From: Selaginella moellendorffii | Taxonomy: Eukaryota; Plantae; Lycopodiophyta | Assembly: GCF_000143415.4 (NCBI RefSeq) | Contig: NW_003314291.1 | Coordinates: 1,158,517 to 1,222,516 of the forward strand | Reading direction: 5' to 3' | DNA: 64,000 nt | In this document: positions 21,182 through 31,926 of the stretch, in pieces | Layout of the letters: every line of letters starts with the position of its first letter | How positions within the stretch are numbered: the stretch's first letter is position 1 | Position numbers and translations under genes: made by a program | The notes under the pieces: generated by a model | Databases searched by the model: none | Seen by the model: the letters and a program-made list of their open reading frames with translations, nothing else | Told to the model about the DNA's origin: nothing

Positions 21182-22601
21182 ATGAAATCCATGCAAGGTT
21201 GTGGAGCCTCCCAGCATAGGCTTTCAAACCCGGTGCTGCGAAGGTTCAGACACAAGCGGCGGCCTCGGCGCCAACAAGTCCTCCCATCGCAGGTGAGCTC
21301 TCGATCTCTATTTCTCTCGCTCGATCGAGAATGCATGCCCTTGCATGCGCGATTTCTTCTCAATCTCACTCCATGTCTTGCAGCTCGCCTTGTCTGGTTC
21401 CAATGGCTGCCATTGCCAAAGCAATTGCGATGACTGCCGCAGCTGAGTATCGATCGCTTTGTTTTCTTTTCTTCTTTCATGAAAGCTTGGATTTTTTTCT
21501 CTCTCTTTGCATGCACAGGGAGAGCATCGCGAAGCAAGACAGCAGCAAGGCTTCGCAGATCATGCACTCGCTCTCTCCCGAGAAGATCGAGATGTTTAAG
21601 TCGCTCGAGGGCTGGGCGGAGGAATCCATCATTCCTCCGGCTGGTGGAGAAATGCTGGCAGCCCCAGGACTATCTCCCGGAGCCATCCTCGGAGAGCTTC
21701 TACGACGAGGTCCGTGAGCTGAGGGAGCGAGCCAAGAGCTTAATTCTTCTGCCTCGTCGGGGACATGATCACCGAGGAAGCGCTGCCAACTTACTTGACG
21801 ATGCTCAACACTCTCGATGGCACCCGCGACGAGACCGGTGCGAGCCCGAGTGCGTGGGCACTGTGGGGGCGTGCCTGGACTGCCGAGGAGAATCGCCATG
21901 GTGATTTGCTCAACAAGTATCTCTAGCTCACTGGACGAGTCGATATGAAGCAAATCGAGAAGACGATCCAGTACTTGATCGGTTCTGGAATGGTAAAGAG
22001 CCAGAGTTTCTTCTTTCTCGGGAACTCAAAAGTTCGGGTTTTCCATCCTTGCAGGACCGAGAACAATCCATACCTCAGGTTCATCTACAAGTCCTTCCAG
22101 GAGGAAGCCACCTCCATCTCTCACGGCAACACTGCTCGCCATGCCAAGGAGCACGGAGACCACAAGCTCGCGACTGTTTGCAGCCTCATCGCATCCGACG
22201 AGAAGTGGCACGAGAATGCTTACACCAGGACCGTGGAGAAGCTGTTTGAGATCGATCCAGAGGGCGCAATGCTGGGGCTGGAGGACATGATGATGAAGAA
22301 GATCTCCATGCCGGCTCATCTCATGTACGACGGCCAGGACAAGAACCTGTTTGAGCACTTCTCTTTGGTGGCACAGAGGACGGGGGTATACACTGCCAAG
22401 GATTAAGCAGGAATTCTGGAGCACTTGGTCAAGAGATGGATCGTAGAGTCCATCACTGGATTGTCTGCTCACGCGCTAAAGGCCCAGGATTTCATGTGTG
22501 GTCTCCGTCCTCGGATCTTGAGATTGGAAGAGTGAGCTCACAGCAGGGTGAAAAAGGGCCCCAAGACTGGAATGTTTAGCTGGAGGGAAGTCGTTCTCTA
22601 G
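21182..22601 (+). pseudogene. SAD: Stearoyl-ACP delta-9 desaturase pseudogene (5' end uncertain; clear homology from ~21560)
   Basis: [76 protein letters not shown]. Two frameshifts and in-frame stops at ~21924, 22404 and ~22533. Confidence 0.9.
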
Positions 22602-22817
22602 GTTTAAAAGGTAAAAGGTGTACATTATGAGTTAATGTTCCAATAATTTGCTTTATTTTATTTTGTTTAGACATCAAACAGTCCAACTCAAACAAAAGAG
22701 TTTATAATAAGCATGTGCATTGTTTTATACATTTTCTTCTTTTGATTGTTTAGGAATTAACCAGTGGATATACATAGAATATATTTGAATATTTGAATAT
22801 ATTTTATTATTCAGCGG

Positions 22818-23186
22818 TGTGAGGTCTAGTTATGCCATAAACTAATATTGGAATTTTGATATCTAATAAAATTGGTGAGTATCAAAATCCCAATATTAGT
22901 ATATAGCATAACTAGACCTCAAGTGATGACCACTTACTCCTGTATATAAATTAAAATTTTTGGATTAACATTTCTGTATTCCAATTTTGCATTTCATGCA
23001 CTCACCACAGTTAATATTCATTTAAATGTAAATAAATTGGTGAGTATCACCAATTTTAGTATATGGCATAACTAGACCTCAAGGAATGACCACTTGCTCC
23101 TGTATATAAATTAAGACTTTTGGATTACTGTTTTTGTATTCCATTTTTGTATTTCATGCACTCACCACAGTTCATTTTCATTTAAA
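22818..23186 (+). repeat. Rearranged LTR-derived sequence: 41-bp inverted repeat plus ~160-bp tandem duplication
   Basis: Arms 22821-22861 and 22880-22920 (3 mismatches); 22865-23027 is repeated at 23031-23186; the sequence resembles the Ala-PBS family LTR. Confidence 0.8.
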
Positions 23187-23549
23187 GTTTCTCAATAAAA
23201 TACATTCTAACTTATTCTACCATCTAATGGTTTGTGATAGTTATATAATTTATAAAATTTGTGAATAAGTTAGCATTTTTGCAACTAATTGAATTGTTTT
23301 TTCTACTGGGGAGAAATATATTGTTTTGCTTTCCAAGCATTTTACCCTTGATATTATAGTTAGTGTGGATGGTTATGGGGAATTTGCAATGGTTTCTAGT
23401 CTTTCAGAATAGTGGAGAGGTGATGTCCCAATGTAATCTCTTGTACTGATATCATTCTTCATATGAACAAAGCAAGAAATCATCTATAACTGATAGGAAA
23501 AATGAGGTTAAGAAAATGGAAGAATACCACAGATAAATGAGTTAAGTAT

Positions 23550-24250
23550 ACCTTAAACTCTTTGACTTTTTATTGAGATTCAATAGCAACATTTGGTGGT
23601 AACACTATCACTTAGCCAGGTCAATCATCAAGGAAACACATTAGTAAGTGTGATGAGTGTGATGAAAATTGTGTCATTTTTTTTTCTTTTGGCCATAATT
23701 TTTGAGTTTAGATCCATGATAATATAGATCACTAACATGACAATTCGAATGGCTCAAGAATCCAAACCAAGGTTATAGTTTGTCCTTGTTTTTTTAGCAA
23801 GATTTAATTTCATTGAGATGGCAAAGAAAAATAGTTTATTGATCACGAATTAATGTCAAGGATAATGCCCTATGAGTGGTTTGTGAAGGATTTCACAACA
23901 AACATATATTGTCTCTACTTGTTAGCAACTGTTTATAATTGTAATATATTTTAACTCTCTCTCTTTAATCCAAGGGGAAAAGTGACAATATATTTAAATT
24001 TCATCCCATGATACATTTTAAAATGCTGATCAACAACTTTTATTAAGCCTAAGAGAATTAACACCTTCTTTAGAGATGTTGATATCTTCATTGACTTGGA
24101 AATGAAAATGTTAGTTCCTTTTAGTTTAATAAGAGTTCTTAGTCAATGAATCCTTTAGCTCAACAAAGGTTGTTATGGATGCTTTACAAGACAAAAAAAA
24201 TATTTATGAATACTTAATACTTGTGTCATTTGCCCATCTCTCTCCCTTTA
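23550..24250 (+). mobile_element. Possible very degenerate LINE reverse-transcriptase remnant
   Basis: Weak motif traces only (IHDNI, MAQESK, FSLIRVLSQ) in AT-rich decayed DNA. Confidence 0.25.
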
Positions 24251-24737
24251 ACCCTATTGAAAAAGGGGCAATTATTTTTTATAAGAAAGTCTTTAATGGA
24301 TATTTTATCTTTATTTTCCCTTTAAGGTTTTAACAATTTATAGTGACAGTATATGTAAATATCATACTACAATTATATACAACTTTGTGAGTTTGTGAAA
24401 ATATTTTGATATTTTGAATATTCTTTATGGAGATATAAGACTTTGTTAAGCTATTAACACATCATATCACATTACCTCTATATCATTCCACTCACAAAAA
24501 TTCTTCATCCCTCTTATTTATGAAAATTGCTATTATTTCTTGTTATGCCCACTATAAACTCAGTATAAGTTGTATTTTGAAATATTGCTCATCACTTATA
24601 TCCTTAGTCTTGATCGCCTCCTGGAAATATAAAAAAATAAATAAAAAATCTATTATCTATATAAGGAATTATAAGAAAAAACTGTTGATATGGATTGCAT
24701 TATAAGTAATTTCCATTTATAATAATTTAAAACATGT

Positions 24738-26284
24738 TGTCATGTCAAAGTGTACAACTATAATGCTATAATAATATTAATGTAGTGGGATTTTGGTAGC
24801 TATTAGATTGGTTTTAATTTGGACCAATAAGTTAGGGTTTTTGGGTTAATTGATATGCATATTTTTTGTATTCTTTTTTTATATTCTATGCACTCATATT
24901 GTTAAAGATTATTTATGGCTAGTGGTGCCTTCAATCTTTATTCCACACTTTCTCCATGCTTACCATGATTTTCCTATTTTAGACGGGTATATAGAACATC
25001 ATTGTGTGATTAAGAAAATGCGCAAGTTTTTCTATTAGCCAGAAATGTGATGTGATGTTATCCAATATGTATGTAATTATGTTTAATGCCAAACTCATAA
25101 TACTCTATCTCATGTTGCAGAAGGATAGTTGGAGTCAATTGCAATTTGTCATCCATTTGAATTTGTGGTATTTGATTTGATGAGGCATTTTCCACAATTG
25201 ATTATTGATAATAAGTATGTCATTATTACTTTTGACTATTTGACTCGTTGAGTGGAAATTGAAACTCTTATTAATGTGTCTACAACAGTTATTGAATATT
25301 TCTTCCTCAATCTTGTGGTGTTCTAAGAATTCTGTCTAGAGTGAATTCTTTCAGATAATAGTACCTTATTTATAGTTAAAGCATTTCACATATTAATGTC
25401 TCGGTTGGGGATATACCACACTTACACAAGTGTTTGTTATCCATAGTTAGATGGTTTGGTAAAATGGCTTGTTTAGACATTTAAAGGGGTGATTGTGAAA
25501 TACGTGAACTTTCAACATTTAAATTGAGATGGTTATTTGTCTTCTCTTTAATATGTGTATATTATAGGGGTGTGAAGTTCTATTGGTGTTTCATTATATA
25601 AATTCCTATATGGTTATGATCCGATACTACCTACAAAATTGAGTTTACCTTTACAATTGCTATGAGCTATTTATAATAAGTTTTGGGTTCAGTATTTGAC
25701 AAGCATGTCCAAGTAGAGTTTGCTGAACACCTGGGTTACATATAAGTGAGACAACAATAATGTTATAACTTTTATTTTGTCAACTTGCAAAGTATAAAAT
25801 GGATGACTTAGTGTTGGTCTATTTTTTCTTAATCTTATGGTACGTGGTTTGTCTAAAGGGTTTTTTGCTTAGTGGAAGGGACTGTATTAAGTTGGACCGC
25901 AAATTTATGAAATTCGGCATAACATCCAACAAGCCAATCCTCCAAAAATTATGTATGCACAAAGGCTAAAATGCATTATACAAAAGGATTAATAATAATT
26001 GGCACCATTTATAGATCCACCAATGCCTCTTTTTAATGTTTTTTTAGATCCTAATCTATCAACTAAAAATTTTTAATTATCTTCCATCATTCTGAAAAGA
26101 GGGGTTGATGTGAGCTCTAAGTGTACAACTATAATGTTATATATTAATAATTAACATAATGGGATTTTGATAGTTGCTAAATTGGTTTCAATTTAGACCA
26201 TTTGCTCTTGTATATAAATTAAGGATTTTGGATTAATTGATATGCACATTTCTATATTCCATTTCCATATTCTATGCACTTACA
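24738..26284 (+). mobile_element. Internally deleted Ala-PBS gypsy copy: LTR - integrase remnant - PPT - LTR
   Basis: LTR-like segments at 24738-24898 and 26109-26284; PPT gaaaagagggg before 26109; the interior matches 61240-62460. Confidence 0.82.
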
Positions 26285-26570
26285 CATTATTCTTTAAAAT
26301 ATCTCTTTATATTTATTTTCTAAACCTTATAGGCAAATAAGAATCTGATATTGTTATTTTCATTCTCTTAAAGATCTCCACTAGAAAGCTGCTCGCATTG
26401 AGATTGATGCCCTAGTGCTGCTCAGTCTGATTCATGTGATTCTCATATAGCAGTTTCCATCGCTGAAATGCTCAAGAGATGCGTGAAACTTTGCAATTTC
26501 ATCTTTGCCTTAAGATGATGTAGCTAGAGAACTCACTTAGCAGGAGAGAGGCATGGATCAATACCCAGCA

Positions 26571-29500
26571 TGAAACGAACAAGAGAGCGAACCCTAGGCC
26601 AACCTCCCAACCCTTAAGGCATTACGGCCTTAAATCCCACAGGCCATGGAATATTCTTGGAATATTCCCGTGGTTCATGTCATTCTCCCCTCCCTCATGA
26701 CCCAGCCATATACGGTAGCCTCGAGAAGCTAAACGAGCTTCACATGAAGGGAGTCCAAGGCAATACGACCATGGAGAAAAGATGTGCAAACGGCAACACC
26801 AACGTCGCGACAAATGGTCACGAAAGAAAGAAAGCAATACGGCTTTCTCACATGACAATACGGTCATGGAAACAAGAGAATGAGAATAGAACAAACGGCT
26901 CAAATCATATAGCAATACGGCTATAGAACTCAATTCTCCCCTTCCTCAGGAATGTCATCCAAGTCATAACCAAAACTCGGAAACACTCTCTTCACGTTAT
27001 CCTCAGTTTCCCATGTAGCTTCGTCCATGGAATAACCATTCCACTGAACTAACAACTCCCTAGTTGTTTTCCGGCGTGTTTTCACCAATCTTTGAGCAAG
27101 AATATTGGCCGGACCAGCCTTCTCTGCATCAATCTCTGGAACCTAGATGATGGACTGATCCACGATATCACCAGAGTGCAAACATGCTTTAAGCTTGCTC
27201 ACATGGAACGTTGAATGAATCTTCGAACTAACTGGCAAATCCAAAGTGTATGCAAGATCCCCCACACGCTGTAAAATTGTCCAAGGCCCACAATACCATG
27301 GGGACAACTTAGCACTACCACTTCCTTTTAGAGATCGTTGTGCATCCGACAGCTTAAGGAAAACCTTATCACCAACTTTGTACTCTTGATGACGACGATG
27401 CTCATCAGCCAATCTTTTGTCTCGTTCTTGAGCTTGCCTCATGTTCAATTTTGCCAACTCAAGCTTGTCTTGCATATCCTCCAGGAAATCACAAGCATGA
27501 GGAACCCGAACTAAAGCCAAATTCAAACTCACAAGAGACCTAGGCTCATAGCCATACATCGCCATAAAAGGAGACATGCCAATAGCCGATTGATAAGCGC
27601 TATTGTGAGCAAACTGAAGCAAAGGCAAGTATTTTTCCCATACTCCCTGTCGAGTCAAGTTTCCCACAAAAGACCGTAGCATATCTTCTAATAGTTGATT
27701 CATGCGTTCTGTCTGCCTATCAGATTGTGGATGCTCACCACTACTCATGCTCAGTTTAGTCTCTAGTTTTTCAAAGACCGTTTGCCAAAATTTGGACGTG
27801 AACTTAGGATCCCGATCACTCACAATGTCACCCGGCAAACCATAGAGACTAAATAACCGGTCTACAAACAACTAAGCAAGTTCAGAAGCTTTTATCGTTG
27901 TCTTCACAGGGAAGAAGTGAGCCATCTTCGTCAAACGATCCACAACAACCCAAATAGCATCATTTCCTCGAAAGGTTTTGGGCAAACCAGTGATAAAGTC
28001 CATCGAGATGCTATCCCACTTATTCTTGGGTACACGTAAAGGATGATAGAGGCTAGCAAGCTTCTGATGATCAACTTTGACCGCCTGGCAGGTCAAGCAA
28101 CCACGTACGTACTTCTCAACATCTGACTTCATCCCAGGCCAAAAGAAATGCCTCTTCACCAACATATACATTCTCAATACCCCCGGATGCCCAACACTTG
28201 GCACATCATGACACTCAACCAAAATCCGTTTGATGAGTTTGTCAACACGAGGAACTACTACACGTCCCTTCTTCACCAGGATTCCATCTCGTATTTCGAA
28301 TGACGCAAACTTGTCACCCTTTAAATCTGTAGAGGCGTCCCTCAACAAAACCTTCGCACGAATATCAATGATAAAGGAGTCGAAGTCAACAAACTCCTTA
28401 AGCTCATCCAAGAGATCGCTGGATAGCTTCATGAATGAGATAGAATTTACTATTCTGGACAACGCATCAGCCACCTTATTATCACCTCCATGCTTGTACC
28501 GGATCTTAACAGACATCTCCTGTAGGAACTCATGCCAACGAGCAAGGTGGCCTCGAAGATCCTTTTGTCGACTGAAATATTGGAGAGATTGATGGTTTGA
28601 ATCCACATGGAAGTCCGATCCATAGAGATAATGTCGCCATTCCTTCACAGCAGCAATCACAGCATACAACTCCTTGTCTCGAGTAGGCCAATTCCGCTGT
28701 GTGGCATCAAACTTATGGCTCATGTACGCAAGAGGATGCCCAACTTGAAGCAAAATAGCTCCAATAGCAATGTCACTTGCATCTGTCTCGACCACAAGAG
28801 GCTTTTCAGGATCAAAAATCTTCAACACCGGAGCAGAGATACAACATTGCTTCAAACGTTGAAATGCCACTTCACACTTCTCATCCCAACCATGAATAGT
28901 AGCATGTTTCGACGTATTCTGGAGAAGATCAGTTAAAGGGGCTGTTATCCCTGAAAAGTCCTTCACAAATCGTCGAAAAACTCCAGCCATACCAAGGAAA
29001 CTACGGAGATCATGCACTGTGGAAGGTATAGGCCAATCAACCACGGCCTGAATCTTTGCGGGATCAGCTCTCACTCCATGTACTGAAATCAAATGCCCGA
29101 GATATCCAATCTCCTCTAAAAAAAACTCGCACTTGGATAACTTCGAGTAGAGCTTGTTGTCCCTCAAAAGTTGTAAAACACTTCGCACATGCATCTCATG
29201 TTCCTCCATGGAAGAGCTGAATACCAGGATATCATCAAAATAATCAATTGCAAACTTTCCCAAGTAAGGTTGTAGAACGTGATTCATCAATCTCTGAAAA
29301 GTTGCAGGAGCATTTGTCAAACCAAACGGCATCACTAAAAACTCGTAGTGACCTGTCCTTGTCCGAAATGCAGTTTTCGGAACATCCTCTGGCTGGACAC
29401 AAATCTGATGATATCCTTGCCTCAAATCAATCTTCGAAAAATATCGAGCTCCACGAAGACGATCAAGCAAATCATCGATACGAGGGATCGGGAACATATT

Positions 29501-31606
29501 CTTCACTGTCCTATCATTTAATCCCTTGTAGTTCACGCAGAGACGCCATGTACCATCTTTCTTTTTGACCATCACCACTGGAGCAGCCCAAGGAGACTTA
29601 CTGATCCGTAACCACCCTTTCCGAAGGTATTCAGCAAGCTGCCTATTAATCTCCTCATCTTCAGCGGGACTAGTACGAGTCGGTTGTCGCTGAAAAGGAG
29701 TAGCTCCAGGAACCAAGTCAATTTCATGCTGAATTCCACGTTCTGGAGGCAAACCATCAGGTAACTCATCCGGAAATACGTCACGGAACTCCTCCTGAAT
29801 GGAATCCACCTATGCCTCATGCCCACGAACGTACTCCAAATCAGACATGATCATATTAGAAAGAAACGGGTACACCACAAAAGAATTAGCTATCTCATGC
29901 ATGCATGTCACCAACTCCAAAGCGTTAATCAATGGAGTATCACTATTGTCTGTCCCGACAATCTCTTTGATAGTGCCACCAACTTCGATACGCAGAACAT
30001 TGCGCTCCCAATCGATCCCTGGCTTCCTGTCATAAAACCATTCCTTCCCAAGAATAACGTCTGTGCGACCAAGATCCATAACCTGAAACGAAGGATGGTC
30101 GAGAATCCCTTGAACCGTCAAAGGAACACTCGGAGCCCATTCACCGTAAACACGAGTGCTATGTCCATCTGCCATAACCACCTCGTAGATTACTGAACTC
30201 TTTTCCACAGGCAAACCAAGGTTCTTCACCACCTTAGAGCTCAAAAAATTGTGTGTAGCACCTGGATCGAAAAGAATACTAACAGCATGTCCTTGAATGT
30301 CCCCCTTGGCCTTCACAAGTTGATTGCGCATAGAACCATTAATCTCTACAGAGTTGATACGAACTCGAGACTTAGATTTTTGAACTTTTGCCACAGGGTG
30401 TGGAAGAGCCACCACAACAGATGCCTGAGCTGTATCCACGATGGATTCCACCACATTCACCTTAGCATTCTTTGATCCCTTCACAAGAGGACAATCCTTG
30501 CCATGATGTCCAGCCTTATGACAACGAAAACAATTGCCCTCCATCTTGTCCTTCTCTCGTTGGTCTAACCGATGTCTTTTTGCTTCATTGCCATCTCCAC
30601 TCTTCGAGCTACGATGAAGCAATGGCCGTTTCTTCCCTGAAAATGAAGTATTGGTGGGTTGGTCATCACGTTGACCACCCCGGAGACCATCCTTTTGACC
30701 AGCGTTGACCGAGTTGACCGACGGTTTGGGCGAAAAGATTTGAGCCTTAGTGATAGCATCAGTCAATGTTGCTGGAAAATCCTTCTTGACCTTCTGCTGC
30801 ACATCCACCGAGCTCAATCCTTTGATAAAACATTGCACCTTTAGCAGCTCATTATAGGTGCCCATGAGACTAAGGCAAAGATCACGGAACTTGCGGGCAT
30901 ACGCATCCAAAGACAAAGTCCCCTGCCAGATCTCTAACAACTGATTCACGAGATCAACCTCTTCAAACTTCTTGACAAACGAAGCGCGGAAAACCTTTAT
31001 CAAATCAGTCCAAGAAGTTGGCATCGGATTAGCTTTGATGTAGTTCTTCCACCACGAAGAAGCATGGCCCGTAAGCTTTGTCACAAAGAAATCTATCTTC
31101 ACCTTATCCTCACAAGGATTGTGAGACCAACAACTTTCCCACAATTCCAACCAAGAATCAACCTCTTGACTATCACAAACATCCGGTGATGATTTCCATT
31201 CCACGATACCATAATCCTTGGCATGCTTGACGTACCAATGGTAATCACGGACATGAGATTGATTCAACCCTTGAGGGTTCATGCGAAGCAAGAAATCCTT
31301 GATGAGATTGACGGAATCCTTAACCTCCTTTATGTCACTCTGAACTGCAGAAATCTGGCGTCCTTGCCGCAGAACGACATCATCAAGAGTCTCTTCCGCA
31401 TCGTCATGGCTATCCTCACTAACGCCATACTCCTTATCAGGATCAATATCTTGCTCACCCGCCATCCCCAAAAGAACGTGCTGCTCCGATACCAATGAAA
31501 CGAACAAGAGAGCGAACCCTAGCCAACCTCCCAACCCTTAAGGCGTTACGGCCTTAAATCCCACAGGCCATGGAATATTCTCGGAATATTCCCGTGGTTC
31601 GTGTCA
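26571..31606 (-). mobile_element. Near-intact Ty3/gypsy chromovirus (Reina-like architecture) with very short LTRs
   Basis: LTRs 26571-26682 and 31496-31606 with TG..CA termini; TSD CAGCA at 26566-26570 and 31607-31611; PBS TGGTATCGGAGC (iMet, 1 mismatch) at 31494-31483; PPT GAGGGAGGGGAGAA at 26696-26683. Confidence 0.97.
26930..31465 (-). pseudogene. gag-pol: Single-frame Gag-PR-RT-RH-IN-chromodomain polyprotein with three in-frame TAG stops
   Basis: ORFs 29810-31534, 27872-29809 and 27143-27871 abut in one frame and continue to TGA at 26932-26930. Motifs [50 protein letters not shown], chromodomain ELLVQWNGY..EATWE. Confidence 0.93.
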
Positions 31607-31926
31607 CAGCATCTCCAAATCTTTTCGCAATAGGAAGAGCATGCGCTTTGACTGAGGAGCTATGGAGGCTTATGTTGTCTTTCTCTGGTCGCTCCATGCG
31701 AGTGGAGACCTGCATTGCTCAGCGATGATCTCCGCTTGTCCCTCTTTTCCTCTCCGTACGTGAAAGTTCTTCCTGGGCTTCTCGATGTCGTGGACGCTCA
31801 AGTCGTGTGAATCCAGCGCTGGGGCGACGTCTCCACGGCCAGCATGGTCGCGAATAGTAGGATGTACGATAAGATCTTGATTTCTAAGCATTCTTTCGGG
31901 TTTTAGGGTTTTTGATTGGAGCTTCC

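Noticed and set aside
21924-22535. SAD stop codons as RNA-editing-repairable sites
   Set aside because: This is a nuclear gene, two stops replace Tyr codons (not repairable by U-to-C editing), and frameshifts are also present.
29810-29812. TAG as a programmed gag-pol readthrough site
   Set aside because: It lies after the protease rather than at the gag end, and two equivalent TAGs occur inside integrase. Mutation is the simpler explanation.
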